Positions 1 to 13,780 of a stretch of 64,000 nt of DNA are shown piece after piece. Within the stretch, counting starts at the first letter, position 1. Every line of letters begins with the position of its first letter. Source of the stretch: the human T2T-CHM13v2.0 reference genome, Homo sapiens; assembly GCF_009914755.1 (NCBI RefSeq), contig NC_060934.1; one strand, given 5' to 3'. The position numbers were made by a program, and so were the translations under genes. Under the pieces are notes generated by a model. It searched no databases, had not been told where the DNA came from, and saw nothing but the letters and a program-made list of their open reading frames with translations.

Positions 1-1405
1 CTATTTTCCTCTAATACCGAGATTCTATATGCGAAAGGACCAACAATATTTAACTATTTGTTATGAACATCCCAGCATATATGCCATTTTTGCCAGTGAC
101 ATTTGCTCCAAGTATTACAGTCAAGATTCTGCTATGCTGTGTGTTCAAGGTGTTCTGGACTAAGCTGTAGAATGATCCCTTTCCAAACACAGATGCTTTT
201 CTAGACGGTCCCACCCACTCAGTGATTCACCTTGCTGATGCAACCTTACCATGCATCTTTCACAACATCACCCCCACAGATTTATTATTTATAAAGTGGT
301 GAATCTGGCTTGGTGCCTGCCTTTACCAACCACTGCAAATTAATTATAATCAAGTGAAGCTTCTTCTGGTTTTTGTTATTCCCGCTCCACTACTTTGACA
401 TTCCTAATAAAAGCTTCCTACTCTGTATTCAAGTCTCTTCCTCTCTCTTGCTCAGATTCTTACTCTGGAACGTCTAAGTTCCTGAAAACCTCTATCTGCT
501 TTCCAGAACTTTGTCATCAAACTTCACCCCTATACTGCTCTAGCAGGGAGAGATGATGAAATAAGTAATGGACCAGGAATAAAGCAACTCATCACTAAAT
601 GGAATGTGAAATAAATACAATACACAATTTCCTTAGACTGCACAGCTTCTCCTACCATATTCTTTTCTTTTTAGGCCTGCCAGTGGTACCTAGTGATCAC
701 TGCCTTTTTTTTTTTTTCCAGGTTAGGATGAAGGTTACTAGCATTGCAGACCCCCTGATTAGCCTTGAATTGAACTATCAAAACCACCACCTAGCCTCTC
801 CATTAAATACATCACAGTGAAAATATTCATTATGATCACATTTCTTTATTTGAAGCAAACCTGACATGATACGCCACTGAAAGGGAGGACATTATAGATG
901 TTGATAAATGTGAAGGAAATACATAGGAGCTAAGGATTTTTATATGTATCACCAAAATGCTAAAGTGGTAGATAAACAACTCTTAGCTGTTATATAGTGT
1001 AAGCAACTCCAGCTACTCTGAACTGTCACTATCCTTTGTTTTCTCTTAGTCTGATAACTCTTTCACATCCAAAATCTGGCCTGACAAAAACAATGAAACT
1101 TGGTGCTCTACCAAACCTCAGTTCTCTGTTTGACTAAGCTGCCATTGTTACTGTAAAGGGTGTGGAGCCAAAGGGATGGTAGGGAGTGGGCTGCACCTAG
1201 TGTGGGGGAGATCAGTGCCAGTCACTTGCCTGGATAGAATGTCTGTTTTAATAGGGTTGGTTCTTGTTTCTAGGCCCCCTTAGGCATTGGCAAGAAAGAA
1301 ACAGGAAGGGAAGGGCTAAAATAAGCAAGGTTGGATGGCCAGCACTGGCTGGGCTACACTTTGTTGATAATCAGCTGCCCTGGGAGTCCAGAGTAGGAAG
1401 GAGTA

Positions 1406-1813
1406 CAGTCATGTGTTTCTTAATGATGGGATATGTTCTGAGAAATGCATCATTAGGTGGTTCTGTCATGGTGCAAACATCCTAAGAGTGTACTAACACA
1501 AACCTAGATGGTATAGCCTCTTACACAAACCTAGATGGTATAGCCTAATATAAACCTAGGCTATATGGTAGAGTGTACTGGGCCTAGGCTATAAACTTGT
1601 ACATGTTACTGTACTGAATACAGTAGACAACTGTAACACAATGGTATTTGTGTATCTTAACATAGACAAAGTAAAGTGTTCTGCCACAATATCATGAGCA
1701 TTACAACGGGGTATGACATCATTAGGCAATAGGAATTTTTCAGCTTCATTATAATCTTATAGAACCACTGTTGTATATGCAGCCTACTGCTGATCACGTT
1801 GGTATACAGACAG
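1406..1813 (-). mobile_element. Tigger3-family (TcMar-Tigger) non-autonomous DNA transposon
   Basis: Begins TA|CAGTCATGTG...TTCTGAGAAATGCATCATTAGG and ends ...ATTATAATCTTAT...GACAG|TA, matching recalled Tigger3a termini with TA target sites. Confidence 0.75.
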
Positions 1814-3064
1814 TATTTCCTTCTCCCACACGGCCTGCTAATAGCCAGACATGGGTGATTTGCTTAGAGTAATGCACTGTAAGCAGTTGTGGCTACTTTT
1901 AAGAGAACTTTCTTGTCAGGTGAGATGTATTTAAACCAGGGACAGATGGGCCAAGGGAGAAACATAACAGCTATGGCTGAAATTCATGTGTATTCTACAA
2001 TTGCCATGGCCATTTAATTCAATAAATATGTGAGTTTTTTTATCATCTGCCAAGCATTGTTCATAATTAACAGGACAAAAACCCAAACTTTTGCCTTTTT
2101 GGAGCCTACAGTCTAGAATAAGGAGAGAAACAACAGCATGCCAGAAGGTGGTAAGAACTATAGAAAATAACGTAAAGGGGATTAAGGAATGCTGAGGGGG
2201 GTGGTATTTCAGTTTTAAGAAGAAAATCATGATGACCTCATTAAGAAGGTGACATTTAAGCAAAGACTGCTTTTGTGTGTATGAGTGCATGTGTAATGTC
2301 TTTTTAAACTGCAAAAAAGTTAAAAGTCTGATAGTATCCACAGGTAGGGACGGTATAGGGAAATTAGCACTGTTGTTAAGCTTTTTTAGAGGAATATTTT
2401 GCAGTACTGTATCTACTAAAACTAAATATGCACAATTTTGACTCATAGTAATTGGTTCTAAAGAACACAAATGTGTAAAAATAAGAGTGTTCATTAAAGC
2501 ATTGTGTTGAATAGCAAAATGTTCAGCAATAGATGAAGCTGACTAAATGTTCACCAGCAGATCAAAGGTTAAATAAATCATGGAACATCCATAGAACGGA
2601 ATACTATGCCAAATTAAAAAATGATGCAGATTGTCAAGGCATACCTTAAGAGAAAACATTAAATTACAGAAAATGAAATTATTCTTACATTAATAGAACC
2701 AAACTTATAATGCTCACAGAATACAGTGTCAATTCATCATTTTTTGAAGGCCTTGGTTTAGGTAAATGGAGAAGAATCTGCTGTTTCCTTTTCTTACACA
2801 GATTCTAAAGTTTGTAATTTCTCCCAGAGATAATAGTTTTGATGAACAGTGCATTCCAAAATCATGACAAGGTACGCAAACCTGTTGTAGCTATTTGAGC
2901 TGGATGTCTAAAATTAATGCTGAAAAACTTGAAGGAAAACCAAATCTTTGTCATGAAATATTTTACTCTGTTTTAGGAGTGAGAGTTAAAACGCAGGTCT
3001 AGGATGGATTATTGCCTTCAAATCAATCACATACATTTGGCAAGTTAAAAATCCCTGGTGTGGG

Positions 3065-3428
<364 letters not shown>

Positions 3429-3710
3429 TCACTGAAGTGTCCTTCTGAACTTGGAGAATGTATTATTAGTGGTCCTCAAATTTTCTACTTGCATACTCCC
3501 AAAGAGATTTTGGAAAACTAGGTATCACTTCATACACTGATGTTTAAATTTCTTATCATAAATTTAAATTATAAAGGATATAATTTCCAGCATATTTAAA
3601 AATAACTGTTACCTCAGTCTTTTAAAAACATATCCAATATAATCTAAACATAACAGCAATTTGATAGCTACCATCATCCATTAATAAAAAGAAGATCATT
3701 TTTAAGTTAG

Positions 3711-4087
<377 letters not shown>

Positions 4088-4270
4088 TCATGCCTGGTAT
4101 TTTAATGATCATCCTATCATACTTCTTTGCTACAAAAATGTTTATAAATTTAAACTTTAAAATATTTTGGATTCAGTTATTACAACTGGCACAAAATTGG
4201 TCAAAATGAATTACACATTGATAAAGCAATTGTTGAACATAAAAGTTATTGGCCATATATCTGTTAATAA

Positions 4271-4642
<372 letters not shown>

Positions 4643-5015
4643 CTATTCTTCATTTTTGTAGATGTAAACACTGAGATGAAAATGGGAAAATTTTTTTCAA
4701 TCTTTGAACTTACGTTATATGCTAACAATCACGTAGTGACCTATCATCAAGAAATAATTTTAAATGACCAGCAGACTACTCAATTAGGTATTCCTTCAGT
4801 ATTGTTGAAAGCTGAGAACAGTCTCTTGACTTGCAGAAGCACTACTTACTTAATAATTAGCGAAGCCCTTAGTCTTTCTTGAGTTACCAGTGTTTCCTTG
4901 TCTCTGTGTGTAGCTCCTAAGAGATGTTTATTTTCTGGAGCATTTTTGTCATAGTAAGATTCTACCAGGCTAGAGAGATGCCTTTCCTTCATACATCCTT
5001 AGAAAAATAATTGGG

Positions 5016-5333
5016 GGACTGGTGCGGTGGCTCGCATCTGGAATCCCAGCACTTTGGAAGGCCAAAGTGGGAGGATCGCTTGAGCCCAGTTCAAGACCAG
5101 CCTAGACAACAAAGCAAGACCTCATCTCTACAAAAAATTAACAAAAATTATTCGGGCATGATGGAGTGTGCCTGTTAGTCTCAGCTACTCGGGAGGCTGA
5201 GGTGAGGGTACTGCTTGAGCCTGAGTTTTAGGTTGCAGTGAGATATGATCACGCCACTGCATTCTAGCTTAGGTGACAGAGTAAGAGCTTGTCTCAAGAA
5301 AAAAAAAAAAAAAAGAAAAGAAAAGAAAGAAAA
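5016..5333 (+). mobile_element. AluJ
   Basis: Diverged Alu (GGAGGATCGCTTGAGCCC) with A/GAAAA tail. Confidence 0.85.
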
Positions 5334-5463
5334 ATGGTGAAAGAGGAGACAGGAAATGAGATGAAGCATGATGGTTTATCCACAGGTCCATTTTCTCAGG
5401 GAATGCATTATCAGCAGACACTACATATAAAAGTTTAGGATCTGAAAAGTGATTGTTCTTAAC

Positions 5464-5620
5464 CTCGCTTGCTTGTATACCCCTCCGATTGTCTTCAGGC
5501 ATCTTGAAGGATATGCAAATCCTGGTATAAAGGATGGTGATTGATACAATAACCACGTTGTTCTTTGAGATGTTAATGGACTTTCTGATAAGATTCCATA
5601 GTTATTAAATTTGAGAAGCC
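5464..5620 (-). CDS. BBIP1: BBIP1 alternative 157-nt cassette exon encoding (G)LLKFNNYGILSESPLTSQRTTWLLYQSPSFIPGFAYPSRCLKTIGGVYKQA(R)
   Basis: Strong acceptor TTTTTTCCTTCCCAG|G (AG at 5622-5621) and donor GAG|GTTAAG (5463-5462). Open in the phase left by the 15900 exon. Peptide matches a recalled longer BBIP1 isoform. Confidence 0.75.
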
Positions 5621-6954
5621 CTGGGAAGGAAAAAAGTTAAATTTTCTTTTTAATAGCAGGACTGTTTAGAAACTTTAATATGCTAAAGTATGTGATACAT
5701 TTCAAACAGGGGAGTTGAGTATATATTGTTTCCTAAAGTTATGTGATTCTGGAATTCTTTAAAAGTGCAATCATGGGACCAGTATTGCCTAGAACACACT
5801 TTGTATTCCTAGGGCAATGTCACTTTCAATATGGCATATGTAGTAAGATGCTATATCTTAAGCATATTTAAGGAAAATACCAGTATTTACAAATAACTAA
5901 TTTTGAAATTAGTAAAAGCTGTATTTCTTCTGAATGTAACACTTATTAAAATTAAGTGAAGAATGACTTTTTTCTCTGTTAAGTGAAAAGTTTAGACCAT
6001 CCTGGACAAAGCTGTATTTTTATAAAGGAATTATTTAAATATGAAAAGATAAAATCTTGCAAAAGACTTGTAGACTTGGCAAAAATGACATCTTTTTCTC
6101 CTATCACAAGGATATCCTGATGTGGGGGTTTCTAGTGACGCAAGTACAATATTTTGTGCCAAAATGTTAACTAATGATTACTTATGGGCCTTATTTCTAC
6201 TTTCTATTACATGAACATCCATTACTAAGAAAGGGTTAAGAACAAAACTGAAGTATTCAAATAGCAAGTCATCTTATATTGAAATTTTAATTCAGCATCA
6301 AACTTACTAAGGCATAGTCTCTAGGCTTGAGGATCCTGAAGGATGGGGGTGGAGGGAGAAGAAACAGGCACATAAGCGAAGAAGCATAATGCAATATAAG
6401 TTCTATGCTTAGAAGTATTTGTAAAAATGCCATGGGAACACAGAATAGGGAGCAATTGTGTCAGGTACAGATGATGGGGGAGGAACTTTAGGTGCAGGTA
6501 ACAACAGTTTGTGCAGAGGCATGAAGATAGGCAACACAAAGCACATGGTGCATTATGGGGGAGGCAAGGAATGCTTAAAAAAAAAAAAAAGAGTTACGAG
6601 CAATCTGTCTGGAAACAAACCCTAACCAAACTGCAATCAAATTGATTTTGAAGGAAATAAGGAGAACCACTGAAATATTTTAAGAATGAGAATGACCTGA
6701 ACAGATCTAAAATGTATTCAGGAGGACAATTACAGGGCTATTTCAAATAGTTTAGGTGCAGGTGAAAAATGGGTGCTTCAACTGAGCACCTAGCTACACT
6801 GTGAAATCATAAAGCTAGGGAAAGACAAGATTTAAGTAAAAGCTGTGATGGGGTGGTGATTAACTCAGGCCAGCAAAACAATGATACCCTCAACAGATTT
6901 TCCATTAATCAGGCAAGCATCTTCACAGAAACAACTTCAAACTGTAAAGACTAA

Positions 6955-7273
<319 letters not shown>

Positions 7274-7659
7274 AGAAAAGGTTGGCTCTTATGTCATCTT
7301 TTGAACTTAAATGTTGTGGACTTGCAGGAGACCTACAAGTGAAAGTCTTAGAAAAAGACAGAATCCTTCGCTAAGATCTTCCCTGCACACCTATTACATA
7401 TTTGGGAAAAGAGCCTAGCTCCTAGTTCTCTGTTCAAGAAAGTATAAATCTTTACAGTGGACAGAAATTGTGAGTTAATAGGCCAAATTAATGCTGTACC
7501 TTGTATTCTATTTGGAAATAAGCACTGGACAGTAAAGACTAGAGTGATAAACATGAGAATGATGTTGTTTTAGGTGACAACAAAAGCATTACTCTTTCAG
7601 AGTAGAAAACTAACAAATGTAACATAAAAATAATTTGGAATGATAAAGTACCTATACGA

Positions 7660-8640
7660 ACAGATTTTTTCTTTCAACAAACATACTAAATGTCTATAAT
7701 GTACCAGCCGTAGCTAAGTGAGAGAGACAGAGTAGGTAAAAACCAGTTTCTTTCTTTGGTGGAGGTGAGGTAGGGAATGAGACACATGTAAATAATTATA
7801 ATTGAATACAATGTACTTTAATAAAAGCATGCCTACTGTGCCTTAAGAAATGAAAACCATGAAAAACTTGGCTAAGGATAGGGGACAACGGGTGGTCTCT
7901 GAAGAAGAATTATTAAACATGACATTGGAGCTAGTCCCAGAAAGCTGAATGGGGGTTTACTAGGCAGAGAAGGAGATGTATAGCAAGGGGCAGATGTTCT
8001 AGACAAAGCGAAAAATACGTTCAAATGAAGAAGCATTAAAAAAAAGTGTTCTGTCGGAGGACATGGCTAGAGTGCAGTGTGTGTACAGTGTGCATACAGT
8101 GTGCACCAGGTATTGTGGTGGGACTGACCAGCTGGAGGCCAGTTCACACTCAGTCTGCAACGCTGAATTTGGACTTCATATCCTATAGTCAGGAGGGAGC
8201 TAACTGGATGGTTCTAAGCAGTTACATGACATGATTCATGTTTTGGAAACACATTCTAGACAAAATAAAGGAAAAATGAGAAGAGACACTAGAGGAAAGG
8301 AGATTAGTAAGGAAGCTATAATTGTTTAGGTAAGATGATGAAAGTATGAATTAAAGCAGTGATAACAGACACTAAGAGGAGAAGATATGAGGTAATTAAG
8401 GGTACAAGAAGTTGAGATTCAAACATCCTCCACCTTCCCACCCCCCACTGCCAGTGGGTGATAAGGAAATGATCACAGACGACTGAAGTGAGCTAACATG
8501 ATTGTGGATATACCCATATTAATTCATACCGGAAACACAGATGAGAAGGTTGAGAAGGAATAGTAAAGACCATGAGTTCGGTTTAGATTCACAGAGTGTG
8601 GAAGTCCAAGAGGAAGGTAAAAAGGACTGAAGGCCCAGAG
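7660..8640 (-). mobile_element. L2 fragment
   Basis: Purine-rich degenerate sequence starting TTCAACAAACATACT, typical of antisense L2 3' ends. Confidence 0.5.
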
Positions 8641-9340
8641 TCAACTGTACAGTAGTACAAGCTACGGAGGTGGATATAATCACTCAAGAAAGATATGGCA
8701 AAATGGTAAGTGGTGGGGTGATGGTAAAAAGAGACAAGGGTCTAGTGTGGTGGTTGAAAGAAGCAGCTGAAGTCAGATTAGTCACTTAAATTACTTGATT
8801 TTCTGAGCCTTCGTTTCAACTGCAAGATAAAGCTTACAATGGCATCAACTTGAGATGGCTGGTGCATTAAAGATATAATTCATATAAAGCCATTAGACCA
8901 AACCCTGCATGAGAGCTCAATGAATGTCAGCAATTCTTACCATAGTGTACCATTATAATGTTGGCATAAAATTAGATTTTCAGAAAAAATAAGCTTATTA
9001 ACATGTATTAGTTATAGAGGCTTATTACTAAAAATGCATGATGAAAAACCTATGGGCAAGCAAAAATATTTTAGAATTCTCCACCTCTTCTCTCAATACC
9101 CATACTCTTAAGAGTTATATTAAAGGCAGACTTGTTTAAATGTCAGGACATTTACCTTAGCTTCTTTCCTTTAGTTAGCCTAGTGGCTCTTAAATTTTAG
9201 TTTGCTTAAGAATAACAATAGCAACACAGTGTTTAGTACGAAGTCATGCATGTATTTCAACTAAGTAGATATTTTAAGGAATTTTCTGCAGTAATTTTGA
9301 AAAAACTTTTATCACCATAACTGGTGATTTTGGAATTGAA

Positions 9341-9411
9341 TTACCCATGTGCCCATCCACCTCCCACTGCATCTCCCAGTTGCAGCGGGAGGTGAACGGG
9401 CACATGGGTAA
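9341..9411. repeat. 31-bp inverted repeat with 9-nt loop
   Basis: TTACCCATGTGCCCATCCACCTCCCACTGCA - TCTCCCAGT - TGCAGCGGGAGGTGAACGGGCACATGGGTAA; 28/31 Watson-Crick pairs. Confidence 0.95.
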
Positions 9412-9922
9412 AATTATATATTGGGTACACATATATATATGATGAAATTTAACAGACTAAAACAAGGTTTAAGAAGAGTTATCTTGTCCAACATCATATA
9501 GTCGATAAGAAACAGGATTTGAACTCGGGTCTGCCTTACTCAAAGGCAAGGTCTCTTTTCAGTTTTCTCTATGCTACATCTGTAGGATAGGGAGATCCCA
9601 AGCAGGTTTAGTACGGTGCTTCACTGAAGGAATATCAACATTTAAGAAGATGGTGGAGAGATAATCGTAGACTATGGTGTGCAGAAGCCAACAAAGGCTG
9701 AAGTAACATACAATCTTCAATTTCTACTGAAATGGGAAATTTTGAAGACACTAATAACCCTTACAAAGGAGGGTGAAAATAAAATATGAGGCAAACAGTA
9801 AATCTCAGGAATGAGGTAGACGAAAAAATAAGCGCAGCATATTGACTAAAGCACATTTCTTCCTCTATAGTTTGGGAACTGTGTCACAGTCGGACCAATA
9901 TATGGCTCTAACCAACATGTAG

Positions 9923-9953
<31 letters not shown>

Positions 9954-12933
9954 GGTCTTCTTAATTTGAGGATTTAGCATTCCAGTTGTCATGTTTGATG
10001 CCATTCTGAAATAAATCTCTTAGGAAGAAAAACTGCTTTTTGACTCTAGATTTTGTTTATAGCATTAAATATTATTTAAACACTATGTCACTGAAACTTT
10101 CAAATCCTAAGCTTAATTAGAAATATACAACACTTTAAAAGCTTACAAATTTTGCATTTTTAAATTATTTTCATCATATCACAAATTATATGACAGCTTA
10201 TATCACAACTCATGAGAAGATACTGATCTTGGGTTAAACAGCTGAAGAGGGCAATTAGCTTTAGACTGCACCTATTTTCATCTAGCCATCTGGAAAATGT
10301 AAGCTGTGGTCACACAGTGGACAGACAGAGAAGGAGACTAAATTACTAAAATTCAAACTGCATTCCTGATTACTCATAACGTATACATATGGATCAGAAA
10401 CATCAAAATGAAAACATATTGTGGATGCCAAAGTCAAGTCTTGGTTTCTAAAAATGTTCAGGATGGGATTCGGATGTTTTTAAAACTGTCCTCCCCACAC
10501 TAAGTCTCCTTAATCTAGTATTTGATCTTTGCTGGGAGCCCCAAGGAGCCGTTCCATGGGTCTATGTGTTTATCTTCCATAATATGTGCCTACTACTCCT
10601 AACCTGTCACTACATCTTCAATGTAATTCCTTTTTCCCTCTATTAATGTATCTAAACTTATCAGCTTATGCTAATTGTACAGACCCCAGTTTTAAAGTTA
10701 GAAATAGAATCCTTGAGCATATCCTAGGATTCCGTGTGTTTTAAATAAACTATGACAGTAAAATCCAATGTGTGACCTAAATAAAACAGAAGCTTATACT
10801 AGAGTCTGTCATTTCTTTCTAATCAATCTATTTCACCTTTATGTTTTAAATGAAGTACAGGGTTGCTCTCTGGTGCTAACTAGTTGTACTCTATTTCACA
10901 TTTATACTTTAAATGGGGTACATGGTTGTACTCTGGCCATGCCGCTAACTAGCTGTGTGACCTTGAATACATTTCTTAGCCAACCAGAGGTTTGGTTTTC
11001 TCATACAAAACATGTTTATTATCTGTCCTGGGTTGTAAGGGTCAAGTGATAAGTGGATGTAAAAGTCCTTAGAAATACAGTATGACATTTATTATTCCAG
11101 GACTAATTTTCATATTGCTATAATAAAGGACTTGTTCTAGATTACCATAAGGTATCTTCTGTCTCTAAAAATCTTTGAATCTTCATAAATATCATGGTAC
11201 CTATAAGACAGCATGATCTATTTAAAGGTGCTTTTCTTTAAAAACCTGTTTCACTTACTTACTTTTGAAGCAGCACGTGCTGCCAAATTGTGTTCTTAAA
11301 TGTTTTAAAAAGTATGATAATAAAGCAAACCTATTTCATAATAGAACTCAAAGCTGAGAAAATGTGAACAAACTTTTAAAAGGGCAGCAAAGGTTAAAAC
11401 CTTTAAAATTGTAATCAAGGCAACAGAAGCTTGTTGTCTAAATTTTAATCTACCTTGAATTTTTGATGGAGATGACAGGTGACTTGTTGCCTAACCTAGA
11501 GAAGTAAATGCAGTTGACATATGGCAAAAAGAAAACATTTCTGAAGCATTTTGAGATTCTCAACAAAAGCACCACTTATGTTTTCATGTTAAGAAACATA
11601 CATGTCATAAACTGGTAACCCTTGAAGCTATCCACTTAAATATTTTGTTGGTTTATAGGTTTTTAAAAAGTATTTGAGCCAATGTTTAAAAATCAGGAAA
11701 TTTCACAAAAAATCCAAATTTTAGCTCCACTTGACAAATCTGGCAACGTCAAGCCCACATTTCAACATGGCAAAATTTGGCTAGGGCTGGGAAGTGATGC
11801 TTCACTTAGGTAAGCACATGCTCTGGAATTCTCCAGTCCTTCCTACCACCTATTGTTTCCTCTTACCTTACTTGCCCATCCATTGTAGGCATCTGACTTT
11901 GCAACTACAGTAAAACATATGCCAAGCTGTCTAATTTTATCATTAATGGGCATTGAGATGCAAAAATACAATCTCTGGGAACTGAAGGAGTAGTCAGGAG
12001 CAATCATGGCCATGGACTGTAAAGGATACTTTATGTAAAGAGTATTTTTCTTCTATGAATATTTATTAAGTTGGGTCCCTTAAAGTAAATTCAACCTGCC
12101 TAGTGTGGGGGTTCTGAGAGGGGGTGGTGAGAATGGTAGAATAACAAAATTTTTATCTTTTGTCTTATCCAAGACTTGTGGTTAACTGACAGATGAATTT
12201 TCAAAAACATACTAGATTTCTGAATGTAAATATGAGAAAAAGGTGAAAAGGGGAGCCCAGAAAGAATGCATTTTTCAGCAAACATAAAGTAGTAATACTC
12301 ACTCTTACTCAACTGCCCACATGCTAGCAGAATGCTTAATTTGGATTGATAATGTTTATCTGGAGATGCCAAGTAACATATGACATCATATGTCATATGT
12401 CGGAGACTACAGCAGATTCTATTCTGCTTTGCTATCTGGCATCTGCTGGTAGAAAAATGTTGCAACGTGTTCAATTTAGCTAATTAATTCAAGCTCATGT
12501 GAATAAAATGTGTGGTGTCTAGCTTCTGAAATGTACCTAGGCCTAAGAATGGGAATTCTTGGGTGAACTTGGATGATGCCACTGGCTCTGGGAAAATCCA
12601 GTAGCAGACACTACTATTAAGTTAGTAATGATACATCCTACTCATGCAAAATGTCTTTTTCTAATAACCCTTCCTATTTCAAAATTCAGTAGTAGACAGT
12701 GGTCCTAAAAATGTTAGCTATTAACCTTTTAAAAAAAGTATTTGCTCAGCACCTGAGATATTTAGTTAGCTATTTCAACAGTGTGCAAGGAAAGAGAAAA
12801 GTTGTTTGATACTTTACAGAGTGCTGCTTAAAGCCCAGTCCCCAAATCATCGCATCAAAACTCCCTGTACAATTATTAAAAATACAGATTTTTCTGGAGT
12901 TCTTCAGAAATCAGAATTGCTGAATCAGAATAC

Positions 12934-13233
12934 TTTTTCTTTTTTTGTTTTTTTAAGACAGGGTCTCGCTCTGTTGCTCAGGCTAGAGTGCAGTCGTGCG
13001 ATCATGGCTCACCACAGCCTTGACCTTCTGGGCTCAAGTGATCTTCCAACCTTAGCCTCCCAGGTAGCTGCGACTACAGGAACATGCTACCCCACCCTGC
13101 TAATATTTTTATTTTTTGAGACAGGGTTTTGCCGTATTGCCCAGGCTGGTCTCAAACTCCTGGGCTCAAGTGATCTGCCCACCCAAGCCTCCCAAATTGT
13201 TAGGATTACAGGCATGAGCCACAGCAGCCGGAC
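12934..13233 (-). mobile_element. AluJ
   Basis: Antisense Alu with GGGCTCAAGTGATC in both arms. Confidence 0.85.
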
Positions 13234-13484
13234 CCTAACTTTTAATTAAGTCCCCCACATTAAACTTAAGAGAACTACTGTCATAGATTCATTCCTTCAC
13301 TCACTAAATAATCAATGTCAATATGTGCCTGAATTCAATACGTCCCCTAACTGGATTGCTTTAGAAGTTATTAACTACCATAAACTGACTGCACTCCATG
13401 TGCTATAAACCGAGGTAAAGCACTTTATATATATTTGAATTAATTCTGTAACACAATCCTTAACAGTTTTAAGGCTCGTTTTAA

Positions 13485-13780
<296 letters not shown>

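Noticed and set aside
1-1400. Search for downstream BBIP1 coding exons (GKNTISNNSDMAEVKSMF...) or PDCD4 sequence
   Set aside because: Not found by eye; they are expected to the left of the window.
1496-1600. Short repeats ACACAAACCTAGATGGTATAGCCT that superficially resemble a CRISPR-like array
   Set aside because: Internal repeats of the Tigger3 element plus one 27-bp-period duplication, with no unique spacers, in human DNA.
1931-2494. 187-aa ATG-initiated ORF on the BBIP1 strand
   Set aside because: Appears to overlie degraded L2- and L1M-like sequence, with no recognisable domain or splice support. Treated as a chance ORF, though Ribo-seq could test it.
12376-12400. Perfect 11-bp inverted repeat ACATATGACAT-CAT-ATGTCATATGT
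   Set aside because: Short, built from CATATG-like units, and without other support.
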